A DNA stretch of 64,000 bases from Eledone cirrhosa (lineage: Eukaryota): positions 280,054,001-280,118,000 of the forward strand of contig OZ024743.1 in the NCBI GenBank assembly GCA_964016885.1. Direction: 5' to 3'. The translations under genes were made by a program, and so were the position numbers. Positions 27,593-42,298 of the stretch are shown here, piece by piece. Under the pieces are notes generated by a model. That model saw nothing but the letters and a program-made list of their open reading frames with translations. It did not search any database and was not told where the DNA came from. Within the stretch, counting starts at the first letter, position 1. Each line of letters starts with the position of its first letter.

Positions 27593-27639
27593 GTTTATAC
27601 CTATCTCTCAACCAATCTATCTATTTATCTATCTATGTG

Positions 27640-28030
27640 TATCACCCAACAACTGATTCTTTTTTTCAAATACCATTTTGGAAGAAGAATCAGGATGAGG
27701 TGCTGTACCCCAGCAAGTTTTATGAAAGGTGGGTGAAAGTGGCGAGAATGGCCCGAGTGAATGGGCCTTCTCTCTATATCAGCCTGTAGGTTGAGGAAAA
27801 GGAGGAGGGGAGGAAAGGAGGACAAACTCTTCGTACTCCTGGAGATGAGGGTTGCACATTTTTTCGGGGGTATGTGTTACCCATATGAACTGTCTGCGCC
27901 TATTGGGGGAAAATCGACTAATTTTTTAAATTGCATTTGTGATAATATTTTACACGTTTTTATTGTATGTAAACTTCTCCCTTTGTATTTGTCCCCTTCT
28001 TTTGTGCCCCTGTGGCTAATAAAGAAACAT
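27640..28030 (+). mobile_element. 5'-truncated L1/Tx1 3' end related to the 56-64 kb LINEs
   Basis: LILFFKYHFGRRIR...FYERWVKVARMARVNGPSL matches INFFKFHLKRKIR...FVERWVREASMAQMNGPSL. Same terminal TGTGGYTAATAAAGAAA. Confidence 0.8.
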
Positions 28031-28495
28031 ATCTATGTGTATCACCCAATAATCTCAAATATTTATGCTTAACACGATTTTCTTACTTTCTTTTTCTTGC
28101 CTTATATTCTTCCTGTTTCCTTTTACTTTCTTTTCTTTACTTTTGTTTGTCTCACGTGACATCCAGACGTCATGTAAAATTCTATGTTAACATGTAATAC
28201 CTTATTTGATACAAGTTATTGCTTTGTCTTGTCTCTTATTCTACGGAAAGCGCTTTGGCATGTCACAGACGCTGTGATCAAGGGGGGACCAGCAGTACCT
28301 TTGTTAGGGGTCTAAACTATCAAAGTACATCTCAATGGGTGGAGTTCTGTGTCTTTTGTTTTTATTTTTATTATCAAAAATTGATTTTTAAGGTTTCTCC
28401 TTCAAAAGATTGTTTTTCGTTTTGCCTTGTTTTCGTTCGTTGTGTTGTCTTCTCTTTGTTAATGTTGATAAATGTATTACATATATATAAATATG

Positions 28496-28656
<161 letters not shown>

Positions 28657-28687
28657 GGAATCAAAGTTATGTTCAAACCATTTATTA

Positions 28688-28732
28688 GCTGATAATTGTT
28701 TCATCCAAACCGAGGCTTGGAGTCTTCGAACC
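28688..28732 (-). ncRNA. Variant hammerhead (core UCGAAGA), left pLTR copy
   Basis: ggt-TCGAAGA-c-tccaagc(ctcg)gtttgga-t-GAAA-caatta-TC-agc-TAATAAA. Confidence 0.55.
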
Positions 28733-30234
28733 ATTTTTCAATGTTTGTATACATACATGACCTCCTTTCCAACGCAAGAGACATACAGATACATATGTAT
28801 ATATTGATATACAGTGGGGTGACATATATTATACTATTTCTGAATGGCAATTTAAATTCAAAAATTAAAATCATATTAAAACAGAATCAAAGCAAAATTA
28901 AAATTAAAATAGAACATCGGCAGTTAACGTAGATAATGCAAGAGGATAGTTTGTTAGTCAGTTTTAGTAGTTATTGTATGCATTAGTTACACGTGGTGCA
29001 TGCACGTGTGTCTTATTTATATATGATTATTGTGCGGCAGGGTGTTATATGCAATACAAGCACTTTAAGCGGGTAATCAAAAGTATTATGGAGGTTGTAG
29101 TGGTAAGGTATTTTTTGTGTATGATAAAGAAGCCTGTGTGCAGAGAAATAGTATAAATGAGACGCAAAATAATGATATGGTTTTTGTATACACCACCATT
29201 TTCACAATTCAGGAAACGTAATATATAGTTTATATGTCCTTCACATAATTAACGATGATTCCGTATTGGATGTTTGATGTATTAAGTTAAATTATCAATA
29301 GCTTGTTACGGCTCAGTGTTCTTTAATCCAATTTTATAGAGCAGGTTGTTTCTGTTGCGAGAATTTACATCGTTTTATTATCCGGAAGTATGTGTGTGAT
29401 TAAGGGGAGTTAATGCGTGAGGGGAGGTAACTAGCTGATTTCTATAACTAAATTTATTATTCCAACATACATTAAAAGGTGTCTCATTTGAGTCCCTTAT
29501 GTATACGGTTATATACAGTTTCCAAATTTAAGTATCCTATCTTTAATTACAGTCTACTCTATCATGAAGTACTAAAGGTATCTATATTAGGATGATTACT
29601 CCCTATCATAGAGTGCTACAACTGAATATTCCATACGAAGAGTCAGATCTACATATCAAAGTTCTTTGTAAATGTAGTCTACTCACAGAACCTGTCAGTG
29701 GCCCTATTAGAACCACGTCTATATAACCCCTGGTAAGCTCTGGGTCGGCGTATGGCTGATTGCATGGCAAAGTTAAATATCTCTAGGGTAGACCAATAAA
29801 CATTTCTCACTTACAATGTCATTAATCTATCTATCAAGTTATACATGTATGTATAATTCACATACCACTTGTACATAATTCATTGTACTCAACATACAGG
29901 TTATACAGCTCTTTTATGTTAATAAATTAAACATCCATTTATCTAATGATAGCACTACATACATATAACAACATTTGCACAAATAATTCATTGCTGAATT
30001 CGGTGTTTAAAGTTTACATATAATTATATAGTGATATAATACAGTCTAAGTAATTGAAGGTAATTATACTAAAAGTAGGTGTACATGGGGATATTTCTAG
30101 GGTAAAAGGTTTTAGATAGATGGCACGAATTGTGTTAAGATAGGGTGGTTCATTGAGTTTGGAGTTGTGGTGTAAGGTGTGCTCTTGAGGTGTTCTGCTA
30201 GAAGTGGTGATGGGTTCAAGCCTGACATTGCTAT

Positions 30235-32130
30235 ATATTGGGTCTAAAGTTTTGGAAGGAGTGTCGGAAGCGGTGCTGACATGACGCGAACACTTCCGTT
30301 TTTTATTAAGGAGGTTATGGTTTGAGAAGATAATAGTATGGGTCTCTAGTAGACAGAGGTTATAAAATGTATTAGGTGGTTTGTACGATGTCGCCTTACC
30401 TATCACTTCCCATTTAAATGTATAAGATCTATTTTTAGTTTTTAGATAGTGTATGTAGCTAGATAGTTAAGTGGAGTTGGCTAGACTGTGTTTTTGAAAG
30501 AATGGAGGTGCGAATTGTATCTGGTTTTGAAGCAGTTTGAAGTAGAGCCTATATAGGTTTCAGAAGAGTTGCTAGTTGTGACGGTGCATGAGTATATGAT
30601 ATCCTTGATTAAGCATTTTTTATCTAAAGGGCAGGTTCTATTCGATCTACAGTTACAATTATTTTGGATGTTAGCCTGCCAGTTATTATGTTGTGTAGAA
30701 GTCTGAATGGTAGCTGTTGCATTATGGTTATGGGGGTTGGCGCTCTCAGCGTTATTGTTTACATTAGTGCTATTACTATTATTACTATTGTTATCAGGGT
30801 TAGTTGATATAATGTTATTTTGAAGGTTTACCCCCTGTTGTGATTTAGTTTGTTGGAAGTAAGAATTAATTTTTCTTTTATTGCTACTAGCTATGTGGTA
30901 TGCTATGTTAGGCGTGGTAGAGTAGGAGATTTTAATTGTGTTTTTTGTTTAAAAGGCTATGGTACTTGTGGCCAGATGGGAAGTTTTTATCCAGGAGTGA
31001 GAAGAAAGCCTTAGGTAGGTTAGTAGAGACGTTTAGATTGAAAGGAGGGTTGAAAAATGTATTATTTCTTCTTCTATTTTTGTTTTTTATGTCAGGTGAG
31101 TTGTTTCCGTTTATGGTATTTTGGTGACTTCTGTGGTGTGGGTTACGTTTGTTGGCATCCTTCGTATTAGTGTGTGTGTGGTTGCTATTCTTATTACTAT
31201 TTTTCCTCATGGACATATTGTGCGAAATAATGTTGTAGCTATGTGTTTTTGTAGGTAGGAACTCGATCTCCTTATTGTGGCCTGATCTAGCTAATGCCTG
31301 ATTATAATATTGCGAGTTTTTGCTAAATATGTTTACGTCATAGGATAGATTAGAGATTCTATTGGATATTCCCTTAGAGATAGAGTTTAATATTGATCTA
31401 GGGTGGTTAGACTTGGTATCTACGTAAATCAGTTTTTCGTTAGGTTTCTGAAATGGTGTATATATCCTTGAGTTTAGGTAGAGGGTGGCGTCTAGGAAGT
31501 TAACGTTTTTATTGTTTTTGTCTATGGTGATACTTAGGTTATAGTTTTTTAAAGTCTTGTGTAATAGTTTTCTAGTTCTTTCTATATTGAATTTTTGAAA
31601 GTCTATAAGTAGAAGTGCATCATCGCGGTACAAACCACCGTCGAGGTATGGAAGGTCCTTATGGATTTCGTTTAGTAAATATAGGCCTACCAAATCAGTG
31701 ACCTGCGCCGAGTCACTAGATCCCATGTTTATGTTGAAGTTGTTTTGCGTATCCTTGCGAGTCCATAATTGGTCTTCAAAGGTGATTACGGTTTTACGGG
31801 CCGCAAGTATGACATCAATCTGGGGTCTAGTCAGGTCACTATTGTTCATGGCCATGATTAGTGCCTTATTTAATAGGATAGGGGAAATAGAGGTGTAGTA
31901 TGAATTGATATCAAATTGAATAAATTTGTTATCCTTGTTTTCCTTGATATCCTTGAACCATTCAATAACTTCACCCGTATTTCCCCATTGTTTAAGGTAT
32001 ATCTTGTGTTTAATCTGTGGGATGATTTTATCTAAAATGTTCTTACTAATAATGCCAATGTCAGACTTGTAAGGGCAGATTAGTCTAATCGAGGGGTTGC
32101 TAATGAAGTCCTCCTTATGGTCCTTCAGAG
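30235..32130 (-). pseudogene. Naiad RT + GIY-YIG (disrupted)
   Basis: LKDHKEDF, IRLICPYKSDIG, FIQFDINSYYTSI, MGSSDSAQVTDLVGLYLL, GLYRDD, VNFLD, FFNPPF, CNCRSNRTCPLDKKC, TYIGST. Confidence 0.93.
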
Positions 32131-33370
32131 AGAATCTATCTTAACACAATTCGTGCCATCTATCTAAAACTTTTTACGCTAGAAATATCCCCATGTACAC
32201 CTACTTTTAGTATAATTACCTTCAATTACTTAGACTGTATTATATCACTATATAATTATATGTAAACTTTAAACACCGAATTCAGCAATGAATTATTTGT
32301 GCAAATGTTGTTGTATGTATGGAGTGCTATCATTAGATAAATGGAGGATTAATTTATTAACATAAAAGAGCTGTATAACCTGTATGTTGAGTACAATGAA
32401 TTATGTACAAGTGGTATGTGAATTATACATACATGTATAACTTGATAGATAGATTAATGACATTGTAAGTGAGAAATGTTTATTGGTCTACACTAGAGAT
32501 ATTTAACTTTGCCATGCAATCAGCCATACGCCGACCCAGAGCTTACCAGGGGTTATATAGACGTGGTTCTAATAGGGCCCCTGACAGGTTCTGTGAGTAG
32601 ACTACATTTACAAAGAACTTTGATATGTAGATCTGACTCTTCGTATGGAATATTCAGTTGTAGCACTCTATGATAGGGTGTAATCATCCTAATATAGATA
32701 CCTTTAGTACTTCATGATAGAGTAGACTGTAATTAAAGATAGGATACTTAAATTTGGAAACTGTATATAACCGTATATATAAGGGACTCAAATGAGACAC
32801 CTTTTAATGTATGTTGGAATAATAAATTTAGTTATAGAAATCAGCTAGTTACCTCCCCTCACGCATTAACTCCCCTTAATCACACACATACTTCCGGATA
32901 ATAAAACGATGTAAATTCTCGCAACAGAAACAACCTGCTCTATAAAAGTGGATTAAAGAACACTGAGCCGTATTCTTTATCATACACAAAAAATACCTTA
33001 CGCTACAACCTCCATAATACTCTTGATTACCCGCTTAAAGTGCTTGTATTGCACATAACACCCTGCCGCACAATAATCATATATAAATAAGACACACGTG
33101 CATGCACCACGTGTAACTAATGCATACAATAACTACTAAAACTGACTAACAAACTATCCTCTTGCATTATCTACGTTAACTGCCGATGTTCTATTTTAAT
33201 TTTAATTTTGCTTTGATTCTGTTTTAATATGATTTTAATTTTTGAATTTAAATTGCCATTCAGAAATAATATAATATATGTCACCCCACTGTACATCAAT
33301 ATATACATATGTATCTGTATGTCTCTTGCGTTGGAAAGGAGGTCATGTATGTATACAAACATTGAAAAAT

Positions 33371-33415
33371 GGTTCGAAGACTCCAAGCCTCGGTTTGGAT
33401 GAAACAATTGTAAGC
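33371..33415 (+). ncRNA. Variant hammerhead (core UCGAAGA), right pLTR copy
   Basis: ggt-TCGAAGA-c-tccaagc(ctcg)gtttgga-t-GAAA-caattg-TA-agc-TAATAAA. Confidence 0.55.
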
Positions 33416-33614
33416 TAATAAATGGTTTGAACATAACTTTGATTCCTGTGAATTCTATACAACTACTCTGTAGAACAACTGATGTTATTACATTGAGCTA
33501 TTTATCTTACTGGTAATACGGTAGTAATAAATTACTGTCTTTCTCTGTTTAGGGTTTAAAATATATATAACTATAAAGTTTTAGTATATACATAACCATA
33601 AATAGTATCCTTAA

Positions 33615-33704
<90 letters not shown>

Positions 33705-33763
33705 CTAGACATATCAGCAACGCGACCCACATCAATACGTCGAAAAAAACCACGTTTTTCTAT

Positions 33764-33844
<81 letters not shown>

Positions 33845-33877
33845 CTACCTATCTATCTATCTATCTATCTCCCCCCT

Positions 33878-33909
<32 letters not shown>

Positions 33910-34199
33910 CCCCCTCTCTTATATACATACATATATATATATATATCACTCTCTTCTCATACACATCCCCACCCAAACACGTGGATAACAAAACAAAAAT
34001 CGATACACTTTCAACAAAAGTACAGAAAATCACCTTCACCCACAAACACACATAAGCACATTCACACATAGACACATACACACAACAGCCGCCCCCAACA
34101 TCATTACACACATCACACACTTGCAAATGCAACATAAGGAAGAAATCGAAGCTGCACTAACAAAAGAACAGAAATACACATCTTCACTCATACACGTAC

Positions 34200-34551
34200 A
34201 CACGTACACATACATACGTACATACATACATACATACATACATACATACATACATACATACATACATGCATACATACATACATACATACATACATACATA
34301 CATACATACATACATTCATATATACATACATCCATACATACATACATGCATGCATACATACATACATACATACATACATACATACATACATACATACATA
34401 CATACATACATACATACATACATTCATTCATATATACATCCATACATACATGCATACATACATGCATGCATACATACATACATACATACATACATACATA
34501 CATACATACATACATACATACATACATACATACATACATACATACATACAT
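34200..34551. repeat. Long (CATA)n microsatellite
   Basis: Direct reading of the sequence. Confidence 0.95.
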
Positions 34552-35877
34552 AAATACAAAAAAAAAATATGGTCATCAGAACTGTCAGCATACAACAAAT
34601 ACATTGCCCACAATACCTATGCTGTGCCAATTATAACGCCAACATTTGGCCTACTGAACTGGTCATTGCAAGAACTAAGTGAGATGGATGTTAGAACTCG
34701 TAAACTTCTCAGTGTTACTGGGAACTTTAACATCAATGGTGATGTGGATAGGCTATACTTCTCACGCAAGGAAGGTGGCCGGGGTCTAAAATCAATATTA
34801 ACAACATATGAGACCCGGATAGTAACACTGAAGCAACACCTTCAACAGAGGAAAAAGGTTGGCGACCATCTTGCTCAGGTTTATGAGCATGAAAAAAGAA
34901 ATATCATTAGAATAGCGACTGATCTGGAGGAGAGATATGGAATAAAGCCTGATATAAATCTCTCACCCAGAGAAATCGGAAGATCCTATTCAATGTTCAA
35001 ACAAGAAAAAAAAATTGACCAATTTACAGAGAAAGTTGTGCATGGATACTTGAGGCGTAAAACACAGACCATAGAGGGGATAAACCACTCAAAAAGCCTG
35101 GCATGGAGTTCCGACAAGTTTATGACATCACACCTTGAGGGATATCTCTATGCAATACAGGAACAAGAACTCCCTACCAAATATCTGCTGCACAAAAGAG
35201 GAGGGCCAGCAGCTGACAATAAATGTAGGCTATGTAAAACAAAGATCGAGGATGTAAGCCACATTGTTGCCAGCTGCGAAAGAATGTCATCTCGCTACTA
35301 CCTCCCCATGAGACACGATGGGATAGCTAGAACTATCTGGAACGCACTTCGGAAAACAAAATTAACAACAAACGAGGAAGAATATATTGAGACAGATGGC
35401 ACTAAGGAATACTGGTGGAACCTGAAAATAAAAACTGCCACCAAATTAAAGCACAACCGGCCTGATATTGTAGTTTGGGACCACACATTGAAAACGTGTT
35501 CTGTTGTGGAGATCAGCTGCCCACTTGATGTAAACGTTGTCAGAAAAATACAGGAGAAGGAGGACATCTACGGACCATTGATGAGGAGCTTACAAATCCA
35601 GTATCCAAGATACACCTTTAGCTTCATACCCATCATTATTGGTGCTACGGGTTATATACCAACCCGCTTGGACCAAAGTATGACCGAACTTGGATTTGCG
35701 GACAAAAAGCGCAGCTCCCTAATTCATAGTCTACAAATGGCTGCGATAGCTGGCACCTTCAAAATATGCAAAACATTCTTGCGATTCAAGGGATGACAAT
35801 TTCTTTTCTTTTACAACCTTGCCACCAGGAAGGTGGCCGGTCAAAAAAATATACTCGAAATTAAGAGAAAGAGAAAA
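34552..35877 (+). mobile_element. 5'-truncated R4/Dong-clade non-LTR retrotransposon with an intact C-terminal ORF (to 35796), inserted in (CATA)n
   Basis: VDRLYFSRKEGGRGL, AIQEQ, CCHC finger CRLC..EDVSHIVASC, RHD, restriction-like endonuclease NRPDIVV..VEISCP..K..Y. Confidence 0.92.
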
Positions 35878-38356
35878 CATACATACATACATAGACACAT
35901 TGACACGTTGACACAGTGACATACTTACACATACGAACTCACTCACAAACATATACACATATATTTACAGATACTCACATGCACATACACAAACATTACA
36001 TGCACATACACATACATCAACAGAGAAATCATCAACACCACCACTACCAATAAAAGTTATTTGGCGCCTTTTAGCTTCCTTAAAATATAAAAAATATCAC
36101 TCACACGACCATTCACTCACACTTACACACACACTGACGCACATGCACGCTTATTCGCAAAAAAATACATACTGACACTAAAACACTTTCACATGCACAA
36201 ACTTCATGTATCCCACCACCGCAAACTGTTTTGGCGCCAACTAGCTTCCTTAAAAACATACTCACTCACTCACAAAGTCAAACTCTATCTGTCAGTCTCT
36301 CTGTCCTCTGTCTACTTCTTTCTTTTCTCTCTCTCTCTCACACACACACACATACACGTACTTGCAGTCACATTTGCAAATATACACTCCTATACAAACA
36401 CTTCTACACGTTTATACAAGCATCACGTCTTTTGCCATTATCAATATTTTGGCGCCATTCCTCTTCCGTAAAAATATACATACTCACTTACTCACAAAGT
36501 CACTCTCACTCATACATACACACTCACAGATCCACACATACACAGATACACTCACAGAGACGCGTGCACACATACACACTTACAGTGACGCACTCACATG
36601 CACAGAGACACACTCAAATAGACACACGTAGAGTGACACATGCATTCACTCACACACATTCAGATATATACCTTGCCATCTCTAAAATTATTTAAGTGCC
36701 TTTTCGCTTCCTTAGAAACACACACGGACTTCCAAACATATATTCACTCACACATACATACATACAAGCACACGCTCATACACAAACACTCACAAACATA
36801 CACGCACACACACTCACTTATACACACACTCCTACAAAAACACCCATAAACACACTCCTAGTTGCAGATACATTTACACACACTCTTATACACTCGCACT
36901 CATACAAACACACAAATACATGCATTCACAAACCCATACATTTACACATACACACACGTACAATCGCACATTCATTTATACACACATAAACTCGCACAAA
37001 CACATATTCGCACTACATTCACACACATTCTTATACACACATACATACACACAAACACACACACATATAAACACACACTGACAAACACGCACACACCTAT
37101 ATTTGCACACGCACAATCACACACACACATAAATCCACATTTCTTTGTGCACTCCTATACACATACACATGAATAATCACACACACACACACACACATAC
37201 ACACACACACACACACAGATACACATATTTGTAAACGCTCCCAAATACACAACGCACTCTCTCAAACACATACACACACGAATAATCACACACATTCATA
37301 TATAACAACTCCCAAACACAATCACACACACCCATACGCAAAGACACACAGAAATGTACACACACCCATACACAGACACACACAAATACACACACACACA
37401 TTGCTGCATCGTCTTTATGTTCTCTCCGTGTCTTGCTAGTTGGAGCCAACACATCCTTCAGTTGTTCAATACAATACAAAACATAACTGCTTAAAGGTGT
37501 GATTGAAGAACTGAAAACAGAACGCAAAATGATAAACAGAAAAACAATTTTAAAAAAAGTTTATCATTATTATTATTATTGTGTTTGTTGTTGGCGGTGG
37601 TAGTGGTAGTGGTGATCCCTGAACAATGCGCCACGCCTGTTTACGTAAGTTTATATTTTTTTGTTTTAAAATGTTGTTACAATGGGGGCATGGTGTTTTA
37701 GTCTTACCCTGAAGAAATGATTCCCCATAGTATTTGAGCCATGGGCCCAACCATATAAACTTTAAATTTGTGAGAGCGGAAATGAATAACGCAAAGAATT
37801 CTATCAAGTGATCTAACAAGCTCTACCAAATCACCGACTGAGAGTTTACTTGGGAATAAATAACACGGACACACACACACACACAGTGTGGTGGTGATGG
37901 CTAAGGAATGGTGTTGGTGATGGTTATGGAATGTGATGGTGGTGACTAAGGAATGGTGTGTGATGGTGGTGACTAAGGAATGGTGTGTGATGGTGATGAC
38001 TAAGAACTGGTATGGTGTGTGGTGGTGATGCATTCCACTGACCTGTGTACTCAATTCTCAGGGAGATTTAGCATGACACAGGGTGTGACATGACTGGCTC
38101 TTTGAATTGCTGGTACAACTATTTATTATCAGGTAAGTTCACTGGAACAACATGAAATTGTCTTAAATACAGAATTTTCTGCCATGAATCAAACTCACAA
38201 CTTTGATTGTGAAGCAATCACCTCTCCCCACTTGCTACATACACACAACACACACACCACACCTACACATCACATACAAGACGCACATTACATACACACA
38301 CCACACACATACATAATTGCATACACATATAAATACACGCATACATACATACATAC

Positions 38357-38710
38357 ATGATGGCTGCCCCCTCGTTATCGAGTATGCCCATTGTACGATA
38401 TACCATTATTAATAATTATTAATTAATTCTATCATGCAATGCCTGTGCGTGAAGATATTTTTTAAAGTGAGGAAAGACTGTGCACTGAACCAATCCCACT
38501 CTCTTAGCGACAGTAGCTATAACCCGAAAAGAAGAAAAGATCAACATCATCGGTAACTACTGAGCCGCAGGTTTTATATCGGAGTTATTCCAGTTTCCTG
38601 AGTTGCCTTCTCCTAGAAGAATGCCCTGTCAAAGACGAGGCGTCCTTCACTCCCAGTGGTTTAACCGCGTGATCGGGTGTCCAGCCCGACTATTTCTATG
38701 TCCCCCGGCA
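38357..38710 (-). mobile_element. RTE-related non-autonomous (SINE-like) element in (CATA)n
   Basis: The minus strand carries the RTE 5' UTR-like CTAGGAGAAGGCAACTC. A second copy lies at 26507. Confidence 0.65.
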
Positions 38711-38779
38711 TATACATACATACATACATACATACATACATACATACATACATACATACATACATACATACATACATAC

Positions 38780-39215
38780 ATGGTGGCTGCCAACTCGTTT
38801 TCGAGTACGACCACTACTTTATATCCATGTAGGAGAACCCCTACCAATGCGCTGAACGAGTGTGACTTTTTAGTCCAGCCAGCGACTTGAAAACTCTGGT
38901 ACAAACACTACACTTGTGACAATTATTGACACATAGTGCTGGGCCCATGGTACCATGTGACGACAAGTGCAGAGAGATCTCCAGATATAAAGCAATGCCT
39001 GTGCTGTGAAGCTTTTATAGTGAGCAAAGGCACTGCACAAAGCCAGTCCCACTCTCTTAACCAAGATGATATTTACCAAAAAGAAGAACAAGTCAACATC
39101 ATTGGATACCATCAGAGTTGCAGGTGTTATATCAGAGTTTTCCTTCTCCTAGAATTCTGCCTTGACAAAGGCTAAGGGGTCATCTCTCCCGGTGATTTTG
39201 GATGGCCATTGACTC

Positions 39216-39216
<1 letters not shown>
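38780..39216 (-). mobile_element. Diverged relative of the RTE-related element, in (CATA)n
   Basis: Shares TGGCTGC..CTCGTT.TCGAGTA, GCAATGCCTGTGC.TGAAG, CCCACTCTCTTA and TTCCTTCTCCTAGAA blocks. Confidence 0.6.
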
Positions 39217-39246
<30 letters not shown>

Positions 39247-39283
39247 CATACATACATACATACATACATACATACATACATAC

Positions 39284-39696
39284 TTGTTGCGATAGATGGC
39301 ACTAAGGAATACTGGTGGAACCTAAAATTAAAAACTGTCACCAAATTAAAGCATAACCGGCCTGGTATGTTTTAGAGATCGGATGTCAACGTTGTAAAAA
39401 AAAATACAGGAGAACATCTACGGAACATTGATGGGGAGTTTGCAAATCCAATATCAAAGATACAACTTCCGCTTCATACGCATTATTATTGGAGCTATGG
39501 GTTACATACTAACCCGCATGAACCAAAGTATGGCTGAACAAGGAACACAGTTCCCTAATTCTTTGACTAGACCTTCATATCTGGCACCTTCAAAATTTGC
39601 AAAACATTTTTGCGATTCAAGGGATGACAATTTCTTTCCTTTTACAAACAGTAAGGTGGCCGGTTAAAAATGTACTCGAAATTAAGAGAAAGAGAA
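39284..39696 (+). mobile_element. Decayed second R4/Dong 3' fragment in (CATA)n
   Basis: Matches 35390-35877 (GATGGCACTAAGGAATACTGGTGG ... CTCGAAATTAAGAGAAAGAGAA) with deletions. Confidence 0.88.
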
Positions 39697-40019
39697 CATA
39701 CATACATATATGAATATACATGTGTATATGACTCAGACTACGAAATAACAGAAATGCCAGTGCATCAGTATTTAATCCGAATTCTAGCATTCTGAGTTCA
39801 AATCGCACCAAAATTAACAATGCCTTTCATCCTTGTGAGGATCAATAAATAAGGAACCAGTCTAGGGCAGAGAACAGGCTGAATTGGTAGTCCATAGGAT
39901 GGAATGTCTTATAGTATATTCGGGCTTTTCAAATATTACCGCAGATTACTTAATTCGCCGTCTTGTTTAATGCCACCACCTCGTAAATGGGTGCCTTTTG
40001 TAAGCATTCAGACCGAGAG

Positions 40020-40086
40020 TCCTATTCTGATGATCCCTCCGCCCTGCCTCATACCAGGCTTAGAGATCCCGAAAAGCGTCATAGGA
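40020..40086 (+). ncRNA. Hammerhead-like motif with an extended helix II domain
   Basis: tcctat-t-CTGATGA-[37 nt including gcct/aggc and ctc/gag]-GAAA-agcg-TC-atagga. Helix I has 6 bp. Confidence 0.6.
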
Positions 40087-40587
40087 GTTGCTCTTCGACT
40101 TCAATAAGTGAAAATAGGAGAAAAAAAATGTATATTCGACCGTTCATCAAGTTCTCATCCCTTTCACGTTGCAGACACTGACCGGCAGATATTAACTGCT
40201 GGACATCAGATACATCAATATCACCCATCTAAGAGGGTCAGTAAAGGTCATAGATACTTCCCTCCTTCTACTCCGTGTCTAACTAATAAACAACAACAAC
40301 AATAATATCAACAATGAAATATCCATAAAAGAAAACTCTCTGTTATAACATCCACGATGAAATATAGCTTGCAGTATGATTTGATATGGTATGGTTTGTT
40401 GTGGTGTTACATTGAGGTATAAATACTTGCAAATCTCGCTTGGGCGCCAAAATAATTCGTACTTTTTATTGCATTTTATAGATAATATTTTATTGGAGGG
40501 AGTCAGCATGACTACATCGTGACTATGTATTCAAACACACGTGAATTAATGTGTATATAAATGTACCCTTATAAACAGAGAGAGAGA

Positions 40588-40624
<37 letters not shown>

Positions 40625-41511
40625 GATGTACACATATATATATATATATCTGTGTGTGTAGTCTATATGTATGGATTTGTATATAACAAAAAAAGCTGAA
40701 TAGCTATGCATACATACGTTCATACATACATACATACATACATACATACATACATACATACATACATACATACATACACACATGCACACATACATACATA
40801 ATACATACATAATACATACATATGTGTGTGCGTGTCTGTGTTTGTGTGTGTAAGAAATATTGGATGTAGGTCAAGTGAATAAGCAGTTCACTTCGCAATC
40901 ATGGAATCCATTGTTTGATCCCACTGCATGACATCTTGCACAAATGTGCTGTGAGTCAATTTCAGTTGCTTGAAAATCCCTCCAGTAGATGGATTGTACC
41001 TGTAATTCAAACATCTAACTTTCTGCATCGTGTCACGTTGATTTAACCGGAAAAGCTTAACGATAATAAAGTGAGGAGTGCGGGACTCCGTCCAGAATAT
41101 ATTTTTTTACCTCGTTTGTAAAATAAGTTGGATTAATTTGAATAAATAATGAATGAATATTACATAATTTATGTGCTAAATTTCGTGGCTATTGATTAAA
41201 TATATTGCATACTTATTTAATGATTCACTTCTTTAAAATGTTCAAATGTCAACACTTCCGGTTAGCGGCCGTTATATTATAACACTTATAAAAATATCGC
41301 ATATATTTCCGTCGCTAATTTTCTCCTAATGCAGTTTATATATAATATCGTTTTTTTTTAATGTATCATGGATTACGTTACTGATTACATAAGGCAGTGT
41401 AACACAGTCTTCGTTCAATTTCTGTGTATATTGTCAATTACGATTTTATTTGATGTATCATATCTACATGCAAATATATTTGTGTATAATATCAATATAC
41501 ACACTATACAT

Positions 41512-41550
41512 GCTAACAGAAAACCACCCGAAGGCTGGTTTTTCTGCTAG
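41512..41550 (+). mobile_element. Helitron-like 3' terminus
   Basis: Hairpin ACCA-CCCGAAGGC-TGGT followed by CTAG then T. Confidence 0.4.
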
Positions 41551-42298
41551 TTCCTTTAATGGTACACGTGTTTGTTGAATACACAGGCTCTTACACGAGT
41601 AGGTAATTCACTTGATCGAATAATTGAATGTTCATCTCTGAAACCGACGGAAGCTCTATTTATGTATACATAGACGCAACTCTTCACGTCTGAAACAAAA
41701 AAAAAACTGATAAAATTATATATAAAAGTGACAAGTGAAATGTATTTGTTAAAATGGATAACGACTAATACGTGAGAACAAAATTACAATCAATTAAATG
41801 ATAACAGAAAATGTATACGGATTAAATAAGATAACACTCTTTAATTAAAAATTAAGCATAACAAATTAATTACTGCTGCAAATGCACAAATGAAATCTAG
41901 TCTATTCTAGTACACAGGGAGAATTCACCCTCAAACTCTATCTACATAACATTAAAATCCACGAACAATATAAACCTTTCTGACAACAATTCTAATTAAA
42001 CTCGTCAAGAATTAAAATTTCTAAACTATTAGGTAATGCTATTAAACAATACAGAAAGAAGAACTGAATTATATATTTATCCGATTAATTCCTAGTTATT
42101 TTAGAAGAAAAATTACCAACATGTCTACGTCGCTACATTGAACGTAGTAAACTTTATCGTCAATGTCCCTGTGATGGAAGCAGTCGACATTACATTGGAA
42201 AGTAGTTGACATAATATAGAATTAAAATCATCAAATATACCACCGAACAACCCAGGAAAAATAATGTTGTTCTGTTAAAATGACATTTGTTTCCGTTG

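Noticed and set aside
37550-37870. Minus-strand ORFs as a host exon or LINE ORF1 remnant
   Set aside because: No motif I can recognise, and the frames are inconsistent.
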